This document shows, piece after piece, positions 1-9,244 of a stretch of 64,000 bases of DNA (position 1 is its first letter; every line of letters starts with the position of its first letter). The stretch covers positions 138,286 through 202,285 of the forward strand of contig CAZYPZ010000002.1 of NCBI GenBank assembly GCA_964650005.1. The letters run 5' to 3'. This stretch comes from an uncultured bacterium. GTDB taxonomy: Bacteria > Armatimonadota > HRBIN16. The position numbers and the translations under genes were made by a program. A model generated the notes under the pieces. The model was not told the origin of the DNA, ran no database searches, and saw only the letters and a program-made list of their open reading frames with translations.

Positions 1-2703
1 CACACCGCTGCCGATCCCATAATCTGGATCGAGGGCGAACGCCCGACAGAACAGGCGCACATCGTGACCAACGACGGATTCAACGCGGTATCTCCATGGG
101 CGTTATCCGGCGGAAGCTGGTTGCACAGCTTCTCAGAGGAGTTTCATCCGGAAACCGGTGAGGCGGCTTATCGGATCAACATTCCGCAGGCAGGCACATA
201 CCGATTGTGGGCCCGACTCGCCGGTTCGGCCGCGGATTACCGGCTGGATGCGGGCGAGTGGATCTCTATCGACATGTCACGTGGTGTGGACCCGCGCCGT
301 ACCGCTGCGGATGGGGGATGGGGATGGCCTCCGTTGATCCACTGGTATGAATTGGGCGCGCACTCCTTCGCTTCAGGCAAACATGTCATCCGGTTCCGGC
401 TTGGCGGCCCCGCCGGAGGGAAGCGCTTTGCGGGACTGGACTGCCTGGTGCTGACAACCGGGTCGTTCACCCCGAACGGAAAGTATAAACCTGAGGACAA
501 AGCGCCGCAACCTGTTGAGGACGTTCCGGCCAGCAAAGGGTGGGTGTTCGATCCGAAACCCGACACACTGGATCCCGGCGCCCTTCTGGATCTGCGCCGC
601 CTCAACGAACGCACCGCGGGTGAGCACGGGTTCATCGGTCGCAGCCGTGACGGGAACAGTTTCGTGACGCTGGGCAACGGCAAACCCATCCGGTTTTGGG
701 GCGGAGCAGAGTACAACCAGCGGGATATGAACTTCGACGAACTCAAGCGGTATGCTCAGTTTCTGGCCAAACGAGGTATCAACATCGTGCGCGCACACAC
801 CCACCTGGAGCCGAAGGGCGCGGACTCACAGGTGACGGATGTGGATGAAGAAGAGCTGGACCGCATCTTCAAACTGGTGGCGGCGATGAAGACCGCCGGC
901 ATCTACACCGTGATTTCCCCCTTCTGGGGTACGTCTGCACGCGTTCAACCCAATTGGGGGGTGATGGCCACACCGGGCTCCAGCTGTGAACCGCTGCTGT
1001 TCATCGATCCCGTGTTGCAGCGGGGATACAAGGCATGGTTGAAAGCGCTGTATACCCGCCCAAATCCCTATTCGGGTGTCAAACTGGCGGATGAACCCGC
1101 TGTGGCTATCATCCAGATCCAAAACGAAAACAGCCTGTTGTTCTGGACGTTCGCCAACATGAGTCCGGAGGCGATGACGCATTTCCGACGGCTGTTCGCG
1201 TCCTGGCTGATCAAGAAGTACGGATCGCTGGAGCAGGCGCAGAAGGCCTGGAAAGACTACAACCCACCGGGGGGTGAGATGTGGATCCATGCGGACTGGG
1301 CAAACGGGCTGCCGCCCGTGTCCCATCCCTGGGATTTCACGCGTGAGGGCCTGACCAAAAAGGCGGCATGGCCGGGGTTCATCGAGTATACGTCCGATTT
1401 GCTGGAGTTCATGGCGCGCACCATGTACTCGTTCAACGCGGAGATCGCCACATACCTCCGCAAGGAGCTGGGTTGCCGGCAACTGATCAACGCCGGCAAC
1501 TGGCGAGGAGTGGACCCGGTAACCCAACAGGACGTGGAGTATTGGTCCTATACGGCGAACGAGGTGATAGGCCGCAATATGTACTTCACCGGGGTTCATA
1601 TCGGTCCGAATGACGGCTGGCAAATCCTCGCGAATGACTTTTATACGGACATATCGGCGCTTACCAATCCAACCTCCATTCCCATCAGCCTCAAACAACC
1701 CGCGGGACACCCATTCATACTGTCCGAAACACTGTGGGTGCCTCCGTCGCTCTATCAGTCGGAGTCGGCTCCGCTGGTCGCCGCACAGACCGCTCTGACA
1801 GGTCTCGATGTGGTGTTCTGGTTCGCTGACGGTGATGGTTATTGGGGCGGACTGCGTCCGCAGACAAAATGGAGCTTCGCCCATCCCATGAACTTGGGAC
1901 AGTTCCCTGCCGCGGCGTTGATATTCCGGCAGGGACTGGTGCGGGAAGGCGAGCCGGCGCTGGTGGAAAACCGTCCGTTGAGCGCGTTGTGGGCGCGCCG
2001 GACACCGCTGATCGCCGAAGAGGCAGGCTGGGATCCCAACCGGGACACCACGAATGTGCCCGGTCAGACGTCGGCACAAACCTTGATGGATCCGCTCGCC
2101 TTTTGGGTGGGTCCCGTACGTATCTCTTACGACGGTAAGCCGGAGCAGTCCGTCAAACGGGATATGTCACCCTACATTGACCGCACCCGTAAACAGGTAC
2201 GCTCCATCACCGGTGAGACTTCTCTGGATTATGGGAAAGGGATCTACCGGATCGACTCACCGCGCGCACAAGGGGCGCTGGGGTTCCTGCGGGAAGCCGG
2301 AGTGCAACGGTTGAAGGATGTCACCATCACCTGCCGTAACCGCTACGCCTCGATCGTCGCTGTACCGTTGGATGGACGGCCGATCCGCCAATCCGGGCAG
2401 GTGCTGATTCAAGTGGGCACGCTGGCCCGGCCCAGCGGCTGGAAGTCGGCGCCTGACCGCTTTGGAACGGCGGACAAACCGGTGGATTGTCGCCGGCTGA
2501 TCTCGTTTGGCTCTGCACCGTACCTGATCGAACGCACAGACGCGACGGTCACCATCATGAATCGCAATCTCAAGCGTGCGGTCGCACTGGATGCCAACGG
2601 TTTGGCCAAAGGCGCTCCTTTGACCCTGCAGCGAAATGCTGCCGGCGTGACGTTACGCCTGCCTGCAGACGCGCTTTATGTGGTGCTGACGGCAGCGCAC
2701 TAG
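1..2703 (+). CDS. Clan GH-A (GH5-like) glycoside hydrolase with N-terminal beta-sandwich; 5'-truncated by the window edge
   Basis: The frame is open from base 1 (HTAADPIIWIEGE...) through the 64..2703 ORF. TIM-barrel motifs INIVRAHTH, IQIQNENSL (NE acid/base-like) and PFILSETLW (nucleophile-like). Confidence 0.65.
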   Translation, partial: HTAADPIIWIEGERPTEQAHIVTNDGFNAVSPWALSGGSWLHSFSEEFHPETGEAAYRINIPQAGTYRLWARLAGSAADYRLDAGEWISIDMSRGVDPRRTAADGGWGWPPLIHWYELGAHSFASGKHVIRFRLGGPAGGKRFAGLDCLVLTTGSFTPNGKYKPEDKAPQPVEDVPASKGWVFDPKPDTLDPGALLDLRRLNERTAGEHGFIGRSRDGNSFVTLGNGKPIRFWGGAEYNQRDMNFDELKRYAQFLAKRGINIVRAHTHLEPKGADSQVTDVDEEELDRIFKLVAAMKTAGIYTVISPFWGTSARVQPNWGVMATPGSSCEPLLFIDPVLQRGYKAWLKALYTRPNPYSGVKLADEPAVAIIQIQNENSLLFWTFANMSPEAMTHFRRLFASWLIKKYGSLEQAQKAWKDYNPPGGEMWIHADWANGLPPVSHPWDFTREGLTKKAAWPGFIEYTSDLLEFMARTMYSFNAEIATYLRKELGCRQLINAGNWRGVDPVTQQDVEYWSYTANEVIGRNMYFTGVHIGPNDGWQILANDFYTDISALTNPTSIPISLKQPAGHPFILSETLWVPPSLYQSESAPLVAAQTALTGLDVVFWFADGDGYWGGLRPQTKWSFAHPMNLGQFPAAALIFRQGLVREGEPALVENRPLSALWARRTPLIAEEAGWDPNRDTTNVPGQTSAQTLMDPLAFWVGPVRISYDGKPEQSVKRDMSPYIDRTRKQVRSITGETSLDYGKGIYRIDSPRAQGALGFLREAGVQRLKDVTITCRNRYASIVAVPLDGRPIRQSGQVLIQVGTLARPSGWKSAPDRFGTADKPVDCRRLISFGSAPYLIERTDATVTIMNRNLKRAVALDANGLAKGAPLTLQRNAAGVTLRLPADALYVVLTAAH

Positions 2704-2713
2704 GCGGTATCGA

Positions 2714-3643
2714 CTACCACTGCAGCTCAACGCGGCGACCGCGCCAGATCGGCTGAAGCCAGGCCATGGTGCGGTCGCTGCCCACGATACGCACGCGCGA
2801 CCATTCCACACCGGTCGGTATCTCGAGCCGTATACGATCCCCCTCCGCCTTCCGTCTGTGCTCTGGAAGAGGGGTGATCAGCTCAGCCACGTGCGTCACA
2901 CCACGCCGAGGCTGTACACGCAGCTCTATCTGGCTGCCCCGTACCCGGAACGACTGCACGGTAACACCCGTTGAACTGTAAAACCGCCCCTCGCGCAAAG
3001 CGGCCAACACCTCTCCTGCCGTCAGTTGACGTATATACGCCATCACCCATCCGCCGCCGGGCGGGTTGGCGCCTTTGCCCTTACGGGTGTAATGATGCGC
3101 ATCATCGGAGGCGACGCCCCATAACGTCAATCCGGCCGACAGTCCGGCATTCCAGGCGCCTTCGAACAGGGACTGGGCCATTGCGCCCAGCCCTTCCGAG
3201 GCGACACCGTGGTTGTACACCTCGATGAGTGAAGGGCTGCCAAGTAACAGAACGGTATCCGGGTCGGCCAGAACGCACGACGGATGGTTCAGCTGAGGGA
3301 CACCGCCTGCATCGCGCACCTGTTGTGCATTCCGTTGCGCCGTCAATCCCGATTTGGCCTCTTTGACCGCTGCCAACGCCCGCTCCACCCCGAGGGCGTT
3401 GACATGCACTGCAAAGTCGCCCGACTCCGGTGTCAACTCCTCACCCGGCAGGAACAGAAAGCGATTGTCCGACAGCTTCTGAAACACCTCGATAGGCGCC
3501 TGTTTGTCGTGATCGGTCAGATAGCAGAACTGATAACCCAATCCCCGATAGATTTCCGCCACCCGCTCAGGCGGTGCATCGCCATCACTGATGGTGCTGT
3601 GTGTATGTGTGTTTCCTCTCGCCCAGCGCCCGGATGACAACAT
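2714..3643 (-). CDS. PHP-domain metallohydrolase (CehA/McbA family)
   Basis: RGNTHTHSTISDGD, YLTDHD, HVNALG, NHP and ASDDAH metal-binding motifs. Start moved to ATG 3643 (MLSSGRW), which has an AGAGG RBS. Confidence 0.8.
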   Translation of the reverse strand: MLSSGRWARGNTHTHSTISDGDAPPERVAEIYRGLGYQFCYLTDHDKQAPIEVFQKLSDNRFLFLPGEELTPESGDFAVHVNALGVERALAAVKEAKSGLTAQRNAQQVRDAGGVPQLNHPSCVLADPDTVLLLGSPSLIEVYNHGVASEGLGAMAQSLFEGAWNAGLSAGLTLWGVASDDAHHYTRKGKGANPPGGGWVMAYIRQLTAGEVLAALREGRFYSSTGVTVQSFRVRGSQIELRVQPRRGVTHVAELITPLPEHRRKAEGDRIRLEIPTGVEWSRVRIVGSDRTMAWLQPIWRGRRVELQW

Positions 3644-3766
3644 ATCGGCCTCTCTTTCATTAGGTGCATTTTTTGACATTGTACTCGACTGGCAGGCAGG
3701 CAGCTCGATACAGAACGGAGAACTATGGCCGGAGAGCACCACACCAGCTGGTAATCAGGAGGCCGT

Positions 3767-5785
3767 ATGTATTCGCCCTGGATCGGGATCACACTGTGCA
3801 CAGCACTCGGTCTGATCATCACCTCGGGAGCAGATGCCGCGACGTATTACGTGAGCAGCTCCGTTGGAGATGATGCAAACAACGGACTGGCGGCCACACG
3901 GCGCGGGGCCAATGGCCCGTGGAAAACCCTCGCCCGCGCGTCACAAGCCAACTATAAACCGGGAGACAGACTGCTGCTACGTTGCGGCGATGTCTGGACC
4001 GATGCGCTGACGCTGCGGGATATGGGACGGCCCGAGGCGCCGATCACCATCAGCGCCTATGGCACGGGAGCCAGACCGGCCATTCATGGAAACGGAATGG
4101 CAGGCAGCGCCTGTATCACACTCGATCGGTGTGCGGGTTGGGCTATAAGGGGGCTGGAACTGGCCAATGCGCAGTTCGCTATACGCCTTGTTCTGGACTC
4201 CCGAACACGCACCGAATACACCGGGCTGTCCGTAATCGATTGCTTCATGAAGGACATCGCCAATCCTGCCTTTCCGAACGTGTTGGAACGCGAAGGCTCA
4301 AGACACGAACACCTGAGAAACATGGGTTGGGCAATCTACGCAGAGGGAGGGGGTTCACCTCAGGAGGTCAGGCTACGTCAGGTTACCATCCGAAACAACA
4401 CGGCGTTGTGGTGTCAGGGGTTTTACTTTCACGCCACCGGCCCGATCATGGGCGAAGATATTCACATCGATGGCAACACACTCGCACACAACAGCTACAA
4501 CGCCATCTACCATACAGGCGCTCGCCGATTTCATATCACGCGCAACGCGTTGCTGTATGGGTATCCCTGGGCAGCTCACCCCAACGGCGCCACTCAAGTG
4601 CTGGCGGGTGGACTGGAGGGTACGGCCGCCGAGCCCAACAGGGTAACACACAACGAGTTCGGATGGGGCGGCGACACGCCGGGAGCTCCAGACGGTTGCG
4701 CCTATGACTTCGAAGGAACCACGCATGGGGTTGTGTTCCAGCATAACTTCGTCCATAACAGCTCCGGTGAACCCATTCTCTTCATGGGCGGGTTTACCCA
4801 TACCGATCTTTTGTTCGATAACAACATATTTCGGGACTGCATCCGGTTCAGCACCCGTTGGCATCACTACGTGACGGTTTCGATGAGCAACACCGGCAAC
4901 GGTGTCTTCAGCAACAACCGGTTCTTCCTGGAGCCCCAACACGAAGCGTTCATGGCCAAACCGCCTTCGTTCACATTCACCAATAACGACGAGCGTGCGA
5001 CCGGTGCGTTCGTGGCGATGCCACAGGTCATCAGTCTGTCGCGTGATACACGAGAGCGCGTGTATACGCTGGCGTGCGCCACACCGAACGCTATCATGCG
5101 GTACACCACTGACGGCAGCCTGCCGGATGCATCCAGTCCAAAGGTCACCGGTCCCATCCGCATCACACGCTCGTGTGCGTTGAATGTGAAAGCCTTCCGA
5201 GACGGTATGCTGCCCAGTTACACCAACACGCTGGTGGTGGATTTACGCGATGGTGAAGCGAAGGGCCCCCGAGCAGTCGTCTCGACAACGGCTAATGCGG
5301 CTGCGCAGGACCGCGCACGCGCCACCCTGCAGGCTGTAACGGGCACCTTCAGCCTGGCGTTCTGGATTGCACCCGAGCGCGAACGACCCGTGACCCCTGA
5401 GACCTATACCGGCGTAACGGATACAGCCGGACAGGTGTTCGCACTGGAGCCGTTCGATACATCTGCACCAGGCAACACAGGGATCGCTGTATCAGTGGGA
5501 ACGAACGGCGTCAGCGTCTTCGAGACCGGCGCCGGCGACCGCCCCAGCCTTCTGGTATGCCCTGCCAAGATGCCTGGGTGGCATCATGTCGTAATCCTGG
5601 TCCGACAGGGTCAGCCGAGTGTTTACGTGGATGGGATATTCCAGAAGGCCGGTCACAAAAGTTTGAAACAGATGCATCCGTTGTTCCGATTGGGCGCATA
5701 TCCCGGACAGATGCGGGATGTGGCGGTATACGACAGACTGCTGACCGACGCAGAGATTCAGACATTGGCCGCCAAGCGTCGGTGA
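3767..5785 (+). CDS. Secreted right-handed beta-helix protein with chitobiase/Fn3-associated domain and C-terminal LamG-like domain
   Basis: AGGAGG RBS; signal peptide followed by ATYYVSSSVGDDANNG; beta-helix repeats; YTTDGSLP motif; WHHVVI...VYVDG...VAVYDRLLTDAEI (LamG-like). Confidence 0.7.
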   Translation: MYSPWIGITLCTALGLIITSGADAATYYVSSSVGDDANNGLAATRRGANGPWKTLARASQANYKPGDRLLLRCGDVWTDALTLRDMGRPEAPITISAYGTGARPAIHGNGMAGSACITLDRCAGWAIRGLELANAQFAIRLVLDSRTRTEYTGLSVIDCFMKDIANPAFPNVLEREGSRHEHLRNMGWAIYAEGGGSPQEVRLRQVTIRNNTALWCQGFYFHATGPIMGEDIHIDGNTLAHNSYNAIYHTGARRFHITRNALLYGYPWAAHPNGATQVLAGGLEGTAAEPNRVTHNEFGWGGDTPGAPDGCAYDFEGTTHGVVFQHNFVHNSSGEPILFMGGFTHTDLLFDNNIFRDCIRFSTRWHHYVTVSMSNTGNGVFSNNRFFLEPQHEAFMAKPPSFTFTNNDERATGAFVAMPQVISLSRDTRERVYTLACATPNAIMRYTTDGSLPDASSPKVTGPIRITRSCALNVKAFRDGMLPSYTNTLVVDLRDGEAKGPRAVVSTTANAAAQDRARATLQAVTGTFSLAFWIAPERERPVTPETYTGVTDTAGQVFALEPFDTSAPGNTGIAVSVGTNGVSVFETGAGDRPSLLVCPAKMPGWHHVVILVRQGQPSVYVDGIFQKAGHKSLKQMHPLFRLGAYPGQMRDVAVYDRLLTDAEIQTLAAKRR

Positions 5786-5829
5786 CACCTACTGAACGTC
5801 AGCGATTCCGTATGGACTGAGAAAAGCAG

Positions 5830-5863
5830 ACACGCACCGGACCCCTGAGGGTCCGGTGCGTGT
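5830..5863. terminator. Perfect 15-bp hairpin between convergent genes; probable (bidirectional) intrinsic terminator
   Basis: ACACGCACCGGACCC-ctga-GGGTCCGGTGCGTGT; on the minus strand it is followed by CTGCTTTTC, downstream of rpmB. Confidence 0.8.
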
Positions 5864-5884
5864 TCAGCACGGTGCTGGATGGGG

Positions 5885-6100
5885 TTATACGGCGCGGGTT
5901 ACCTTGCCTGCTTTGATACAGCTGGTACACACGCGTATACGGCTAGGTTTTCCGTTCACCAGAGCCCGCACGTTTTGCAGATTGGGCTTCCACACCCGCT
6001 TGGTGCGCTGAGCGCGCAGCGCCCAGGCTCCCGAGTGCCGGTGGCGGATATTCTGGCCGTGCTGCACCCCTTTACCGCAGATGGCGCATACATTGGCCAT
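5885..6100 (-). CDS. rpmB: 50S ribosomal protein L28 (Zn-ribbon C+ form)
   Basis: [11 protein letters not shown]...[14 protein letters not shown]...[14 protein letters not shown]; GGAGGT RBS before ATG 6100. Confidence 0.95.
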   Translation of the reverse strand: MANVCAICGKGVQHGQNIRHRHSGAWALRAQRTKRVWKPNLQNVRALVNGKPSRIRVCTSCIKAGKVTRAV

Positions 6101-6214
6101 GATCACTGTACCTCCAACCGGTTTCGCCGCAGACGGCGTACGGTATCGCCGTCTGACGTGCGTCTGGACGATTCTCCGAGATGAATCGGACCGTCCGTGT
6201 GTTCAGGCGTCCGG

Positions 6215-6598
6215 TCAGGCGATCTTGACGGTGGCGCCTTCGGCTTCGAACTTGCTCTTGATCTCTTCGGCTTCGGCCTTGGAAACACCCTCTTTGACCG
6301 GCTTGGGAGCGGACTCGACGAGTTCCTTGGCTTCCTTCAGGCCCAGCGATGTGAGTTCGCGCACGACCTTGATCACGTTGATCTTTTTCTCGCCGGCGGA
6401 CTCGAGGATCACGTCGAACGTGGTCTTCTCTTCGACGGGAGCGGCTTCGGCAGCCGCGGCGACGGGCATCGCACCCATCATCATGGGAGCGGCGGCGCTG
6501 ACGCCAAACTCTTCCTGGAGCGCCTTGACGAGCTCGTTCAGCTCCAGCACGGACATGTTCTTGATCTCTTCGATCAGTTGTTCTTTGGTGAGAGCCAT
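6215..6598 (-). CDS. rplL: 50S ribosomal protein L7/L12
   Basis: [23 protein letters not shown]...[10 protein letters not shown]...[25 protein letters not shown]. Confidence 0.98.
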   Translation of the reverse strand: MALTKEQLIEEIKNMSVLELNELVKALQEEFGVSAAAPMMMGAMPVAAAAEAAPVEEKTTFDVILESAGEKKINVIKVVRELTSLGLKEAKELVESAPKPVKEGVSKAEAEEIKSKFEAEGATVKIA

Positions 6599-6618
6599 CG
6601 GTTTACTCCTTAGCGTAG

Positions 6619-7152
6619 TTACGCGGCCTCGGCCTTCTTATCGGCCACGGCCTGAACGGTGTACACGAAGTCGCGCAGGATGCCCTGCAGTGTGTTGACA
6701 AAGCCGGAGATCGGCGCCTGAATACCGCCAACGACCTGGGCGACCAGGACATCGCGGCTGGGCAGCTTGGCCAGTTCGGCCACAGCCGCCGCGTCATACA
6801 GGCGGCCAGAGATCACTGCTCCTTTGATGACCAGCGCTTTGTTTGTCTTGGCGAAATCGGTCAGCGCTTTCGCGCCGGCCGCTTCATCGCCGTGCAGAAA
6901 GGCGTACGCTGTCGGTCCTTCCAGGATATTCCCGAAATCGATATCCATGTGCGGCTTGGCAGCCCGCTTGTACAGGGTGTTTTTGACCACCTTGTACTCG
7001 GTGTTGACGGCAGCCAACTGACGGCGCAGCGCGGTCAGATCCTTCATGTTCAGGCCACGGTATTCGGTGAACACGACACCTTTGGACTGACTGATCAGAG
7101 CGCTGACTTCCTCGACGACCTCGGCTTTCGCCGGATGCGGCGTGGTGCGCAT
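6619..7152 (-). CDS. rplJ: 50S ribosomal protein L10
   Basis: [17 protein letters not shown]...YKVVKNTL...LEGPTA...[10 protein letters not shown]; lies directly upstream of rplL. Confidence 0.97.
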   Translation of the reverse strand: MRTTPHPAKAEVVEEVSALISQSKGVVFTEYRGLNMKDLTALRRQLAAVNTEYKVVKNTLYKRAAKPHMDIDFGNILEGPTAYAFLHGDEAAGAKALTDFAKTNKALVIKGAVISGRLYDAAAVAELAKLPSRDVLVAQVVGGIQAPISGFVNTLQGILRDFVYTVQAVADKKAEAA

Positions 7153-7202
7153 AGAGGTATCTGCCTCCTTGTCGGTTTACCCCGCGTATCTCGGTTCCCA
7201 GC

Positions 7203-7238
7203 AAAAAGAGAGGCTTCCGCCCGAAGCGGAAGCCTCTC
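7203..7238 (-). terminator. Intrinsic terminator (attenuator) in the rplJ leader
   Basis: Minus strand GAGAGGCTTCCGC-ttcgg-GCGGAAGCCTCTC-TTTTT: 13-bp stem plus U-tract, about 50 nt before the rplJ start. Confidence 0.85.
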
Positions 7239-7289
7239 CTGTATGCGTCACGGCAACAAACCGTGGTACATTGGCATCGGATGGCTCCG

Positions 7290-7350
7290 TTCGCCTCGGC
7301 AGGTGATCTCATCATTCAGCGCCCAGAGGCGCACCTGCTGTCTGCGGAGA
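7290..7350 (-). promoter_or_regulatory. L10 leader (ribosomal protein autoregulatory RNA)
   Basis: Minus strand ccgcAGACAGCAGGTG...gAAT...CCTGCCGAGG matches the L10-leader core as I recall it; it sits upstream of rplJ and is followed by a terminator. Confidence 0.85.
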
Positions 7351-7368
7351 ACGTGACACGCAAGGCTT

Positions 7369-7420
7369 AGTATATCACATTCCGCGCGTCGCACGCACCG
7401 CCCCTTCCATCTGTTACAAT
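7369..7420. promoter_or_regulatory. Back-to-back extended -10 promoters for rplJ (minus) and dnaA (plus)
   Basis: Minus strand TGaTATACT (7377-7369); plus strand TGtTACAAT (7412-7420). Confidence 0.6.
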
Positions 7421-7481
7421 GCATTCCGCCGGCCGGCATTGTCTGCAGGCATCAGTTCGTCCTTCGGGGAGATCGACAGCG

Positions 7482-8906
7482 TTGAACCATAACCAGGGCG
7501 GCTCCGGGTTTTCGAAGTCGCGCGATGAACTGAAAACCTACTGGGAACGCGCTCTCGAGCGCCTGGAAAAGGCGTTGCCCAACTCCTCGCATCACAACAT
7601 GGTCAAACAGTGCCGTCTGCTGGGCTGGAGCAATGACAGCGACCAGACACTGGTATTGGGGGCGCCCAGTCCGTTTGCCCGGCAATGGCTGGAGGCGAAA
7701 CTTTCCCAATTCATCAGTGAAGCGCTTTCCGAGGTCATCGGTTCGCCCGTCGGATTGCGTTTTGTTTTGGATAAACCCAAAGACAAGGCTCCGGAAGAGG
7801 CCCCCCAGCTGCCGGTCATACCGCCTGATCATTCTGCCCCTTCGAGAAGACCGCGCCATATCCCGGCAACGGTGGCGCCTGAACCGCTGGAGATTTGCGC
7901 GGAACACACGTTTCAGTCGTTCATGGTGGGAAGCAGCAACCAACTGGCTTATGCCGCAGCAAGGGCGGTGGCCGATCATCCCGGCGAGCAGTACAATCCG
8001 TACTTTCTGTATGCACCCACCGGTTTGGGAAAGACCCATTTGCTGGAAGCTATCGCCAACCATCTGATCGAAACCCGGCCGGATTTGCGAATCAGCTATA
8101 CCACGGGGCAGGATTTCACCAATGCGTTCATTACCGCGCTTCGTGAACACCAGATGGACGCATTTCGGGAGCGCATCAGCAACATCGATGTCTGGCTGGT
8201 GGATGATGTGCAATTCATCGCCGGAAAGGACGCCACACAGCAGGAGTTTTTTCACCTGTTCAATATCCTGGACCAGAACAGCAAACAGATCGTTCTGACC
8301 TGCGACGTGCAGCCACGGGCCATAAAAGACCTGCCTCCGCGACTGCAGTCGCGCTTCGAATCGGGGCTGATTGTCGACATCAGTCCTCCGGAGCTGGAAA
8401 CCCGGATCGCTATACTGGATCACAACGCCCGTCGTCATCAGATCGAGATCCCGGATGATGTGATGCACCGGGTGGCCAGTATTATCGAAGGCAATGTCCG
8501 TACGCTATTGGGTGTTCTGACGGCCATTGCCGCCCGGGCGTCGTTGTTGAAGCAACAGATCTCTCACGAAGTGCTGGATCTTGTACTGCCCAATTACTTT
8601 GTAAATGTACGCAACAACGAACCGATCGAGAACAGAACCTGTGCAGCCGTAGCGCAGTGGTTCGAGGTGGACCAGAGCACGCTCGTCAGCAACCGCAGAG
8701 ACCAAAGGACATTGACCGCCCGGTACATGGCGATGTTGATCCTGCATGAACATGCCAAGATGTCGCTGTCAGCCATCGCAAGGCTGTTCAATAAGGACCA
8801 TACCACGGTGATGAACGCCATCAAGCGGTCTCGCGCCATCCTGGAGTCAAACCCGAAACTGCAGGCCGAACTGATCGCCGTTCTACAGGAACTTCGACTG
8901 GCATGA
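7482..8906 (+). CDS. dnaA: Chromosomal replication initiator DnaA
   Basis: TFQSFMVGSSNQLAYAAA, YNPYFLYAPTGLGKTHLL, VDDVQF, PRLQSRF, NVR, DHTTV. Start set to TTG 7482 (GGGAG RBS); the track ATG at 7419 overlaps the -10 box. Confidence 0.95.
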   Translation: MNHNQGGSGFSKSRDELKTYWERALERLEKALPNSSHHNMVKQCRLLGWSNDSDQTLVLGAPSPFARQWLEAKLSQFISEALSEVIGSPVGLRFVLDKPKDKAPEEAPQLPVIPPDHSAPSRRPRHIPATVAPEPLEICAEHTFQSFMVGSSNQLAYAAARAVADHPGEQYNPYFLYAPTGLGKTHLLEAIANHLIETRPDLRISYTTGQDFTNAFITALREHQMDAFRERISNIDVWLVDDVQFIAGKDATQQEFFHLFNILDQNSKQIVLTCDVQPRAIKDLPPRLQSRFESGLIVDISPPELETRIAILDHNARRHQIEIPDDVMHRVASIIEGNVRTLLGVLTAIAARASLLKQQISHEVLDLVLPNYFVNVRNNEPIENRTCAAVAQWFEVDQSTLVSNRRDQRTLTARYMAMLILHEHAKMSLSAIARLFNKDHTTVMNAIKRSRAILESNPKLQAELIAVLQELRLA

Positions 8907-9216
8907 ATCCACAGACCCCTGTGGATACGCGGCGGACACCGTTGTGGATTTGGATGTGTATTACACCGCCGTTACACACCACTTGCACAGGCCTATCCTG
9001 CAGCCCTAGGTTTCCACATGTAAATCCACACATAGTACGCCGCAATGTCCACGGATGCCGGTGCCTCATGAATGTAGATTTGATGACTTTATGCAACTCT
9101 CCGCATGCGTCGGGCGTCTGAAAAGTGTGTGAGGGCTGACATGACTCAACCGGTATCCACAGAATCCACAGTTGCGTATACCAAGAAGAGTTTTATTTTA
9201 TATATTCACATTGATA
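8905..9216. other. oriC: Putative replication origin oriC (DnaA-box cluster plus AT-rich unwinding tract)
   Basis: Box-like 9-mers: GAATCCACA 8905-8913(+), GTATCCACA 8920-8928(-), AAATCCACA 8943-8951(-), AAATCCACA 9022-9030(+), GTATCCACA 9153-9161(+), GAATCCACA 9162-9170(+), ATATTCACA 9202-9210(+). AT-rich TTTTATTTTATATATTCACATTGATA at 9191-9216. Confidence 0.8.
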
Positions 9217-9244
9217 CGTGCAGGAGCGCTCTGAAAAACCCCGC

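Noticed and set aside
9171-9200. DnaA-trio repeats next to the tandem boxes
   Set aside because: The weak 3-nt periodicity (TAC CAA GAA GAG) is on the wrong strand relative to the B. subtilis arrangement and too short to support.
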